Shown here piece by piece: positions 1 to 11,345 of a DNA stretch of 64,000 nucleotides. The notes under the pieces were generated by a model. That model worked only from the letters and a program-made list of their open reading frames with translations. It had not been told where the DNA came from and did no database searches. The stretch is from Ruditapes philippinarum (lineage: Eukaryota), in contig NW_026853285.1 of the NCBI RefSeq assembly GCF_026571515.1, positions 372,001-436,000 of the forward strand. Direction: 5' to 3'. Numbering within the stretch: the stretch's first letter is position 1; each line of letters opens with the position of its first letter. The translations under genes and the position numbers were made by a program.

Positions 1-1347
1 TCAATATTTTAGATATAGTCAATTCAGCTTTTGAATGTAGCATGATGTCACTTTAAGAAAATAATGTTTTCAATGGTATGATATACAGCCATTCATATTT
101 TCTAAAATAGCAATCAGCTTTTCGGTAGATATATGTATACTATTATTATTATTTGACGATTGTTATAACTGTTATATTAAAGCATATTTAAAAAAAAACA
201 AGTGTTATTTATCAATATTTGCATATTTTTGGTATTATGATTCAGCACAGAATGTTTTCGAAAATTTTTCACTAAAAAGTATATAATTTAATACATTAAT
301 GCCATTCTTAACTAAACCACCATCATCATCGTCATAAAATGAATAGCAAAGATGTCGAGCGTTGATCTTGTTTAGTAATAAAAAAAATACTGTATTTGGT
401 GTAACATTACCGATTCTTTAGGTGTAGTACACAGACAAATATTGAAAATTGTCTGATCATTTTGTTTACAATATAGTATTCATACAATATGCACACAAGC
501 TCAAATATTGACATTTTTATATGAACTTTTGGAATATCTTGATTAAATTGAGACTTGATAAATTGTTTTCATGACAGACATTCAATTCATGAACTAAATA
601 ACTGGTTTTAGTTTTTATTTGTTTGGGTCGTCAGACCAAACAAATAATGGTAGCGAAATTTCAGAGTCTAATGCTGTTAATTGCAAATGCCGAAAGTAGT
701 CCACTTTTTTGAAGCGGTTACTTCCCTTTATATGTACACTAACGCCGAAAAATTCAGGGGAGATCACTGCGTAAAGTTGGTCAAAGACAGGCACATTAAT
801 TTTCAAGCAAAATAATTCCCGAATGGTCGATGATTTCTAATATTGTTTAATTGTATGTTCTGATCGAAAATAAGTAAATACAAAGGGGACATTAATCTCT
901 GACACAGAAGTTACGACAAACCTAACAACAAGTAGTTCTCAAAACAGCTTAAAACTAGCGATTTAAAAGAAAGAAATATTTTTATTTTGTTACAAGTATC
1001 CAACAAATTACAACGCATTCAAAGTTTAAAAATAGCGTTGGCTTATAGAATTGTCAATAAATGCACAATCACAATTTACGCGGATGAATATGATTTTATC
1101 AATGAAAATACTATTTATAGCGATGTCGATTACCGAATACTACACAAACCGAGTAGTGGAATATATAGATTCTACATGTCGGACTGTTTGGGCGAGAAGA
1201 TTTTCGCTAAATTATTTACTTCAATTTTAAACAACAGGTTTATCCTGAACAAAATACCTCGAAATTAATAAGGATTACAAACCCGAAATGCAATGGAAGT
1301 TCTAAATTTAGAATCACTTGATGCTATTCGGACATCGATTGAATAAA

Positions 1348-1419
1348 TTCTCCGTGGTACAGGGGTAACGCGCTCGCTTAGTGTGCGAGAGGTCTGGAGT
1401 TCAAATCCCAGTCGAGGAA
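1348..1419 (+). tRNA. tRNA-Pro-derived pseudo-tRNA (anticodon position reads AGT)
   Basis: TGGTACAGGGGTA A box, CTCGC-TT-AGT-GT-GCGAG anticodon arm, GTTCAAATCC B box, imperfect acceptor stem TTCTCCG/CGAGGAA, followed by a T run; body matches the eukaryotic tRNA-Pro pattern (GGGGTA...CTCGCTTAGGGTGCGAGAGGTCC). Confidence 0.65.
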
Positions 1420-1801
1420 TCTTTTTTTTTTAAATTCTTTTTTAAGTGTCTTTGTTAAGGAAGTAGCCATGATATGCAAGGATAAAGTGTAGCTGTCGTA
1501 AAAATGAACATAAATGATATTTTGATGCAACTCTAGTTATGCAGAATTCCGTATGTATCAAACTCTGGTGCCTTGCAAAATGAATTATAATACATAAAAA
1601 TAAACTTATACAGGTAAATACATACAGATATACAGTACGATTTAGATTGCAAAGATCTTGCAGCCCTTTGATTCTTTAAAAATATACGTACATGCTTATA
1701 GTAAGCTCCAGGATTATTTACATCTGTGTTAAAAACAGTTAAAGTCGTTACAAGCCCTAATTTAGAATAATATGGTTTTCTTCAGGCCGTTCACATATAA
1801 A

Positions 1802-1874
1802 TTCGCCGTGGCTGAAGGGTTTTCGCGCTTGCTTAGGAAGCGAGAGGTCTGGAGTTCAAATCCCAGTAAAGCAA
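1802..1874 (+). tRNA. Second tRNA-Pro-derived pseudo-tRNA (anticodon AGG)
   Basis: Shares GCGAGAGGTCTGGAGTTCAAATCCCAGT with 1348-1419; CTTGC-TT-AGG-AA-GCGAG arm; acceptor stem broken; T run downstream. Confidence 0.6.
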
Positions 1875-2149
1875 CTCATTTTTTTTCAAATTGTTTAAGT
1901 CAAATAAACATTGAATTGAATGAATATCAGTGTTGCAATTAGTCTTATAGCCAATTTACTACAATTAAAACGCTGGAAAGCATTGGTGGCACTATACATA
2001 TAATCTCACAACCTTTACCTTTCTTACATTCTGAGACCCAAACAAATTCAGCGCCTTCTGTGCTTTGATTATAGTTGTAGTTATATATTTTAGTTTCCAG
2101 CTTCTTTTCTTTCCTACAATACTTTCTTTTAACTACCTAAAGGAAAATA

Positions 2150-2415
2150 TATGTTGTTAAAACTTGGCCAATAGTGTTGAAACAATACAGGAATTATTAG
2201 GTTGGGGATGGTCCTCACTAAAATTGCGCAAATGGTTCCGGTCTGATGGACAAGATGGCTGAAAAATAAAAAGCTTTAAAATATCTCACCTAAAACACTT
2301 GGTGCATACTGAAAAACTGTTTCAATTTTTTTTTTCAAATAGTTTTGGTCTGTTGAACAAGATGTACGTCAGAGCTGAAAATTGAAATAAGCTTTAGATG
2401 ACATCTCATCTCGGT
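2150..2415 (+). mobile_element. Degenerate HINE/Helentron-like internal tandem units (fragment)
   Basis: Two diverged units of CAAAT..TTcGGTCTG..GAACAAGATGG..AGAGCT.AAAA; the same unit recurs at 3570-3720. Confidence 0.4.
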
Positions 2416-3569
2416 CGATTTGCAAATATGGATGAGTTTTTTTTACAGGAATCAGTCTTTGAAAGTCTTTTACGAAGGATATTTGCCCGAGAAAGAACAG
2501 GACATCAGACCCATTGCATGGAGTAAGACGGCAAGGTCTCATAATTTCTACAATTCGGGTAATGTTTAAGGCGCCATGACTTAGTCTGTATAAAGTTTAC
2601 TACCGATAGTAATTCACCAAACATAATTCACTTGCATGTTGCCATTCTATGCCTTTATTCAATCATCATCAGTGGACTTGATTATAAGCCTATAATTTTT
2701 GAAATGTTTAGATACTACACTTCCTAGAAAAAAATGGAAAAAAAACTCACCAGGTTACTTACTGTCTGAGGTTAAATATTTTTCAAGGAAAAAATTATTG
2801 ATAAGACTATATTCAACGACAAATAAATTTTACTGAAGGAATTCCGATTGGCATAGGACAGTTAAGCTGCTACCTTACCACTTTCAAATTTTCAAGTCAA
2901 CATCTGATAGAGATTTTGATGCGACTAAATACTAATACAGACAAAATTATGGCTGCTGTCTTTCCTAGTAGTGGCATTCACTATTACTTAAGTAACCTTA
3001 ATACTAGCGTATGACTTGTCAAGAAAAAACTTTTAACAATAGTATAATTACAACCAAATTGTATGAACCCTATCGTACATAACTTTTTATTTTTACCATA
3101 CTTTATAGTTATATTTTCCCATTTTTTCCCTAATAATATTTTAATGAGTCCAAAGGTATGTATGTTGATTATCAATTTAACGATTTAACAAAATCAGAGG
3201 ATGTTCAATGCAGTTGATGTATGTGACATTTTTAACAGTTTTATATAATTTGAAATATTTTTGTACCAGCAAGAGTTACCTCTCTTTACCTGCTGCTTTC
3301 GTGAAAATCGTTTACAAATGTTAATCGCGTTAGAATGTAAAAGGTCGCGTGGGAATGTAAAAAGAAAGTGAAAGTGTGGTGTTGTCAATCTAAGAGTGTT
3401 AAGTGATGCAAGTCATGGTGCACAGCATATTAAACGTGTTGTGTACGTTTTATCGTTTACATTTCTATATGCCGCAAATTTGAAAATACTGTTTACAATT
3501 TATCTAAGTTGCATGTTAACAGCTTCCATTTTATCAAATCGATAATAATCATACAATAATCTACAAGTA

Positions 3570-3945
3570 TTGGTCGAATACTTCCGACCTAATAAAAAGA
3601 TTGGTCACAAGAGCTAGAAAAGAGAAAATAAACATTTAAATCTCCTCCTCAAACTGTGCTCCTCAAAATTGTTCAAAGGGTTTCGGTCTAATTAAGAAAC
3701 AAAATGGCCACCAGAGTGTAGTACGAAAACGCACATGATGCAGGTTAAACAGGTTGAACACATCTGCTTGATATATTTGGCATACAGTATTTCTTGCTGA
3801 CTATTACAAATGTTTTTTTTAGTATGCATCTTTTTATGGTAAATATGACAATCATAAACACCCTTAATTACCTCCTTGCAGTGAAGAGGTCCGACCTTTT
3901 TACCTCTCAGATGACCGATTCAAGGTTCACTTGACCCTCTTTTTT
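3570..3945 (+). mobile_element. Degenerate HINE/Helentron-like 3' portion
   Basis: Same internal units as 2150-2415, ending CTCAGATGACCGATTCAAGGTTCACTTGACCCTCTTTTT (subterminal repeat, short hairpin, T run), the usual 3' layout of non-autonomous Helentrons. Confidence 0.45.
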
Positions 3946-4385
3946 ATGAAAATATTAACAGTTAGTTTAACGGAAACTCTGAAACCCTGTCCTTTGATAC
4001 GAACAGCCTATGTATTTCTGAAATGCAATCTCAAATAAATGTACAGACAGAAGTACATGTAATTCTTATGCTTATTTTGGTTTCTTTGAGAAGAAACGCA
4101 TTTTTATTTACCTTGCAAGTTCGACGCAACTATAACATTAGCTATAATGAAATTGATGAGATGAATCAAATATAGCGTAACAATTCTAAAGATGTTGACC
4201 TGGTGATCAGAACCATGGCATGTCGTCCTAAGCAATGTGTCATTTTATGAAATGTTAACAGAGAAATATTTGACAATCTTCATCTAAACAATGAATGTTT
4301 ATCCCTTGGGAATTTTTCGTATTTATCAGTGTCCATTTGGGTAATGTAAGGCAAACTGCTTCATTGTTTTTTGAAGGACGTTACT

Positions 4386-4610
4386 AGCCGGTCGTTGACT
4401 TCAATCCCATTTCCCCTCATCACTAAAGGTTCGAATCCCGCAAGGGACTATGGACTCTTTCATGTCAGGAAGCTATCCGGCTTGCTTTCTGAACGTCGGT
4501 GGTTCTATTCAGGTGCCCGCCTGTGCCTTAAATAATGCTAGGAGGGGACTAATAAAGGTGGAAAGGTCGCCATATGACATAAACTGTGTGGTGCGACGTA
4601 AACCCCAACC
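4386..4610 (+). mobile_element. tRNA-derived SINE
   Basis: B box GGTTCGAATCC at 4428-4438, GC-richer body, 3' tail CGCCATATGAC...GGTGCGACGTAAACCCCAAC. Confidence 0.75.
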
Positions 4611-5574
4611 GCCACATTTGATCGAGCTGTTCATAATGCTCTTTGTTGTTATACATGTACGTAGATATACACGGGTACTATAACTCTTTAATTGTGCTAA
4701 TTATGTCTTGTTTTCAAATTTACGTGCACAATTCATAAAATGAACGAAAATTAGACATGATTTGTTAATAAGCGAAACAATTTATGAATATAAAAATGCC
4801 AGAAAGCATACAAAACAGACAAGATTGAAAAAGTCCTAATTACAAATGACATTTGAAGAGGATCACATTTCTGTGAAGTTCGTTCTCAGTCCAATAAATA
4901 ATTTAGAAGATGTTGTTTAAAGAATGAACGAAGGATACACTGCCATCACAAAAGCTCATCTCACCTCCCCTCAGTCTTTTATATGTTTTTTTTTATGTTT
5001 TTATGATACAATCTTAATTTGTTTATCTATTTTGTAAAAGCATGAACATGAAAAAAAAATTACAGTCAAGCTTTAATGATTCGTTTTGTTTACAAATGAT
5101 ATCTATTCTCATGTTTTAATGAGTGTGTCTAGGTTTAAAACATGTAATTGTTAATAGTAATTTAAGGAAACCAATTAAAGTGTATTTTCTGGTCAGACTA
5201 TATATATCGGCAGGCTATCTTGGTGCAATACTGGTAATATATGCTTGTCATTATCGCCATTAGCGTTCGAAGAGTTTGAGTTCATGCTAACAGCTCGTAT
5301 TATTTAACGTGTACTTAAGATATTTTCTCACTTTCTATGCTTCTCGTTACATATCGCTCAATCTGTGTATGACATAGTGAACCATATAAAAATACTTAAA
5401 AGTCAAGATGTGTTTATAATTATATCAATTCGAATTAAACTTGACAAGAGTATTCCACCTAGTTCATATCAGGAGCATTTTGAATGATTTATATTTCTCA
5501 ATTTCTATGCCCTGACAGTGGCAAAAATATAGAACTAAGAGTTGTTTGAGTATATACAGAATCTAAAACCACAA

Positions 5575-5773
5575 ATGAGCCGTGTCATGACAAAACCAAC
5601 GCATCCGCGCAGTCTGATCAGGATCCATGATGTTCGCTATCAGTTTCTCTACTTGTTATACGGTTTGTAAGCGAACAGCATGGATCCTGATCAGACTGCG
5701 CGGATGCGCAGGCTGGTCTGGATCCATGCTGGTCGCAAACCAATTATGTTGGTTTTGTCGGAACGCGGCTCAT
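5575..5773. mobile_element. Palindromic MITE (about 40 bp missing from left arm)
   Basis: ATGAGCCG...CGGCTCAT termini, arms with CAGCATGGATCC motifs; same family as 17392-17638 and 54616-54850. Confidence 0.9.
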
Positions 5774-6559
5774 ATTTTTTCTGACCTTTGTGAGATCAAT
5801 CATTATCAGAATGATGGTCAGTTTGAAATGTTTTCAGATACGAAACAGATGATAATGTTTGACATTTATGCATGATTAATATGTTTGAAAAGAATTCATG
5901 ATTATCCTATCACAGAGCTTGGTTTAAAAATTCTCTGTTCATTATACAGCATCCATCTTTTATGTTCCTGTTAAGTCATCTTTTTGGTACACTCTGACTT
6001 TTGTACGAGTATCTCAAAATAAATTGGACTATCTATCGTTTAAGCTTAATACGATTTCTTTTGAACAATGTATGCTCCCTAAGGTAGAACCAATTTTACA
6101 TATATATAATTTTACTATAATCAGTCGATCACCATACATGTAGTTTAAGATTGCAAATGTGTGTGAAGCATTGTAAAATCTCTATTTTCCTTAAACATCT
6201 CTACTCGTAGTAATTGTTCGTTTAGATTGTTTTTCGAAATAATAAAAAACTATTCTAAAAATGCTTAGGCTATTTTAAATCATAAGTTGTCTTTGAATTG
6301 TATATACATATATTTTTTCTGTGGCATATCTCGTGTTTAGAGGCTTTATATTGAGAAAAAAAATATTTTTATCAATTTGAAAGCAATAAATGTCATACAA
6401 ATATATTATCAAAACATCATATTTAAAGATGACGACCTTTATATTAATCCAGAACAAACAGTTTTATAATGCATATTAAGCAGATTTGTTCGCCAAACGT
6501 GCTCATAATCATTATTATCAATAATTATAACAATAAAACTTATTGTTGTGTTTTTCTCC

Positions 6560-6815
6560 TCGTGCACGAGGGGTTGCCTTTACTTTGAGTCATCAGCATT
6601 GAATCCATCGTTTATCCCTGCGTGATCATAAGAGTTAGGTAAATGGGTCACAGTACTTGAGTTCATGATTCCCTAACCTGCAGCAAGTGTGGTGGTTAGA
6701 CCCTTGTGGTTGCATAAAGTTTGTAACACCCGAGGATAGCCAAAATAATCTTCCCGTTTTCGGCACCATGGGACCTGAATTGTGTTGGTGAGCCGTAAAA
6801 CCAAATAAAGATAAG
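6560..6815 (+). mobile_element. Degenerate SINE-like repeat (3' part)
   Basis: TTTGTAACACCCGAGG body and tail AATTGTGTTGGTGAGCCGTAAAACCAAATAAA; related pieces at 18447-18700, 37170-37260 and 37860-38125. Confidence 0.55.
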
Positions 6816-7169
6816 AAAACATAATAATAATTATAAAAATAATAATCCTACATTTTTTCTCTAGCCTTATGTTGATGATAGTAAACTAAAAGACGATACA
6901 TTATTCAATAAAGCTTTTCTTTGCTCATGTATTGCAAATGCTAAGAACATTGATTGTAAAATACGATGAAGCTTTGTTTAAAAAATCAACTTAATTGGAA
7001 AATGTTGCAAGTACCAAGATCGCCCCTAATTCATCTTTATCATCACACGAAGATACTAGTACTCTATCGTAACAGATTTTGCAAATTTCGTTTTTTATTC
7101 AAATCAAATTGTTTAATTTCAGAATTGAAATGATGCCATAAGTGATGAAGAATTAATATTTGAACAATT

Positions 7170-7650
7170 TTTAGATTCCAAGTCTTCTTAATAGTGATAT
7201 TATGTATTTGACGTTTTTTGTGAGATCGTAAATTATCATCGTAAATTATCTGAAAATCATATATAAATTTACATTGTCACATATGGAGCTTATTTAATAT
7301 CAGGTTTCATAATTAGTCCGAGGTTTACTATTGAAGTCTCATATATTGTCACACTGATAAATAACAAGTAACAACAAAAGCACAAGGTCGAGCAATATCA
7401 TTTAGCTTAATCAATCAGGCAACAGCTGATCTCTATACCCTTTAAATTCCAAGTTTTAATCATTAGTGATAGTATGCATTATTAAATCGCTAATTATCTA
7501 GAAATCATATATTAATTTACATTGTCACATATGGAGCTAATTTAATAACAGGTTTCATATTTAGTCCATTCAAGTCTCATTGACATAAATAAACAACAAA
7601 TAACATCAAAAGCCTAAGGTCAAACAATATGATGTTGCTTTATCACATCT
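7170..7650 (+). repeat. Old two-unit tandem duplication (~270-bp period)
   Basis: ATTTACATTGTCACATATGGAGCT..TTTAATA.CAGGTTTCATA.TTAGTCC occurs at ~7267 and ~7516; also at 19068-19530 in copy 2. Confidence 0.85.
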
Positions 7651-9702
7651 CTTTGCACGCTAGATTCAATCCTATCCTATAACAATCAATCTTTATAACA
7701 GTATTTAAGTTAAAAGTCACATAGTTATATTATATTCTTGCATGTTTTCAGAATATAAAATCTTTAAACTAAATAGCTTCCGAAGTATCGTCTACTAAAA
7801 TACACTAAATTTCTATGTAAATGCATTTTATTTAGAAACCAACGATAATATGTGTTTATTTCAGAATGTTAGCCAATATCATACAACTAAGAAGCTCTAA
7901 CTGTATATTTCACTTTGATTTCTGATTTCTTAAGGCAATTATTGTCAAAAAAGACTTACTTAAAGTGTACAATGGAAACTGATAATGCATTGTATTTTTT
8001 CTTTCTCACCATGTCTCCGTCTCATTTTAACCTCTGCTTATTTGTGGGGGTATTTTTTTTGGGGGATCTCTTTTCTCCCCTTAAAACCTTTTTTCAATTT
8101 TTAACCCTCTTTCTTTCTTTGGGGCTCTTATTTTAAAGGTTTCATTTTTAAAACCTTTGTTTATTTTGACGAGCCAAAAAAGGGCGGTAAAATCGTTTAA
8201 TTTTCCCTGGGCCCGTATTGTTTTTAACCAAAACGTTTGAAAATTTTACATTTTTAGAGACAAAACAATTAACCGGATAAATTTAAAGGGGAAAAAAACC
8301 AAAAATTTAAATTTTTTCCTTTCGGTCACCCTTTAAAAAGATTTTTTTCTTCCAAAAGGTTTACGTTTTTCTTTGTATTATAAAAAATGAATTTGAAAAT
8401 TTTTGAAATATTTTAAAAGGAGCATACTGCTTTAATCTTTTATTCTGAAACGATATTTGCCCTGAAGGTTAATTCTTAAGAAATCCATAAAATGGGAACG
8501 TCTTTACATATTACTTTTTTGTGTACTTTTTTGCGAGTAAACCTAAATTTTTTCATCTAATCTATTTAAGTTCATTTTTTTACTTAAATGCTTTCCTGTT
8601 TCACTCTCTCAGACTACCAGGAATTGTTCACTCCCGTAATGGCGGACAGTCACGTGATAACAAAATGGCGGCGGTCAAATTATCTTAATTAGCATTGGCT
8701 ATACTCGAGTTCATTAGAAATGCCAATCAGTGATTTCTTTATTGAATAGTACTTTTCCAAGTAGGCTACTTTTCCTTTGAAAGGATTATCTTCTGTCATA
8801 ATTATACACTTTAAAGAGTTTAAATAATGGTAGCAATTTTATATCTTAGGGGTTTGTTTTTAAGGGGAAAATTTTAATTTACAAACTTTGGAAAGGGTCC
8901 TTTTTCCCCAAAACAATTTTTTTTGTAAAAAACTTGTCAACTTTTTGAACTGAAAATTTTTTCCAAAAAACCCCTTGAAAAAATACAAAATTAAAAACGT
9001 CAATTATTTTATGTTTTAATTTTTTTGGGGTTTCCAAAAAGGGAATGGAAAGCCAAAATTTTGATTAAATGACACTTTTTTCTTACACCCTTTTTTGTTA
9101 GAAAAAAAGCACCAAAAAGGAGAACTTAATTTTTTAAAGAGTGTCACAGACGATAATTTTTTAAAAGGTATCTTTTTTACCCAATTTTTTTAAAAATAAG
9201 TTCAAAATTTTACCCTTAAAAGGTAAACAAATCGTGGAAAATTTTTTATTTTATTTTTTAAATACCCTTTTTATTAAAGATTGCCCTTTTTTATTTAAAA
9301 CAGTTTAAAAATTGAAAACCCTTTTAACGACTCAGATAGACAGAGGCTGCAAAAATGTAACAGTTCAGAGCAAACACCCTCATTATTCTTAAAATTAAAC
9401 TAAGAAAATTCAGCAGAGTATAAAGTTATGTCACGCAAATTGTAATAATTATCCTCTGTAGACATTATTATAAATCCGAATGATTAGCTAACATTAAGTG
9501 AAACAAGTCTCTTTTTGATATAATAACGTTCAGAAAGTGCAGCTAAATTGCCACCAAACGTGCTAGACGAATAATTTGTTTTTTTCTAGTGTTTGCTTCT
9601 ACGTCTATTTTCAATTCTTAATAAAGCTCACGAAAGTATACTTTGAGTAAGATTCTCCTGGACAAAAAGAAAATCATTTTTGTAAACATTTTGTAACAAA
9701 TT

Positions 9703-9985
9703 TGGTGGTGGTGGTGTTTCACTCCGGATCACGACAGTAAGCCACATTGAATTCACCAGAGCAAAGTTTCAACTACCGCATCGTTCATGGACAGGTTGTC
9801 AAGCAGTTTCCAGTTCAATTGCCTTCATTTTCGCAAGGAACTCTGAAACTTCTGTACATGCCAGAGCAGAGGTACAGTGCGAAATGACCGTAGAAAGGAT
9901 CAATCACAACGAAAGTGGACCTGCGCTGTTCGGGAATCGGAACCGGTTCGCCGATTCACAGTCCAACGCAGCTAACCGGACGGCT
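9703..9985 (-). mobile_element. tRNA-derived SINE present only in block copy 1
   Basis: Minus strand starts AGCCGTCCGGTTAGCT...GGTTCCGATTCC and ends in (CAC)n; empty site CAAATTTGGCAC at ~21494-21505 in copy 2. Confidence 0.75.
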
Positions 9986-10504
9986 AGAATATGGCACATA
10001 AACTTGAACTTTTATATCTGGACATATGACAACTGTGATGGAAACTAATGATTGCTTTTAAACTGCGTTACCATAGTGACGAAAAATATTTCAAGAAAGA
10101 ACTTTGTTGATGTGTATGGATATTTTAATTAAGTATTTGCCTATCAGGTTCCGGTTTTAAATAAAACAACCTTAAGTTTAAATAATGTTTATACAAAAAT
10201 AATTATTTTATTAAATTACACACAAGACTTGAAAAGATGATTTGACTCTGGTAAAAATTATTGCACTTGCAAAAATGGAGACGAAATCTTCAAGAAAATT
10301 GTTAATTTTCACGACCACATCTCAAAAACTTATTTGAAAATGTAATAAGTGGTCTGTATATGCTCACTGTTGTAATTTAAAGAAATACTCTACTAGATTT
10401 AAAAGTTTGCCTTGAATAAAATAAATATTTACGCAATAAATTGATGTTTTTTTTGTTAATAAATCGCTATTATTTGGTGGCATTGCCCGATGCAGTTACC
10501 CGAT

Positions 10505-11345
10505 TTATAAATTTCTGGTTTTTGAAATTAACCCTTTTTTAAAACCCCTTATGAAAATAATAGAAAAGAGCCCTCGGGAAAAAACCCAAGGTTATTCTGA
10601 TTTTGTTAAAGAGGGGCGTTGCCCCCGAGTTTTAATTTAGATTGCCGGAGTGTTTTTGAAATTTCTTTTTTTCCTTTTTATCATAGTCAAAAATAAAAAA
10701 AAGTTCCCTATTGTCTGGTTTTTCACCCAAAGTGAAAAACCCAGGAAAAAGGGGAACCCAACGAAACGAGCATTTTAATTTTGGGTTTTTTCTTTTCGCT
10801 TTCCCTTTCTTTTCCGGTTTACAATAAGGTTTTAAATTCCCAGAAAAAAAAATGAGGGCCAAATTTAAATTTGGGATGCTTTTTTAGTGGGGGGAAACTA
10901 ATACCTTTCACTCCAGTTAACGAACCTTTTCATGTATAGGGATACGGTTTTTTAAAACCCAAAAGGGAAAAAGGGCCCCAAATTTTTAATTTCAATACTT
11001 TTTCTTTTTAAGATAAAAATCAAAACTACAAAAAATTTTTTTTTAATTTTTCCCAAAAAAAAAGGAAAAAACCCAATTTGGGAAAGAACTGGGAAAATGG
11101 AAAAATTTTTTTGTTTGGGGTTTTTTCCCTTTTTTTCTTTCCGTCACAATAAGTAAATCCCAGCCCTAAAATGGAGGCCAATTTTAAAATGGGCATGCTT
11201 TGGAGGCGGGGTAAAAATTAAATTAAAACCTTTCAAACCCAGTTAAAAAGAAATTTTACTTATATGGGAATTTCTTTAACAACAGAAAAAGGGCCCCAAA
11301 AACTTTTATTTCAAAACTTTATTTCAAAAATTATCAAACTAAATA
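10505..11345 (+). mobile_element. Probable CGAG-hairpin element, garbled, absent from copy 2
   Basis: GAGGGGCGTTGCCCCCGAG at 10611-10629 reads as an inflated CGAG-GGC-nnn-GCC-CGAG core; internal ~310-bp tandem repeat (about 10850 and 11165). Confidence 0.4.

Noticed and set aside
5627-5875. ORF similar to 54536-54760, suggesting a small gene family
   Set aside because: Both are translations of the same palindromic MITE.
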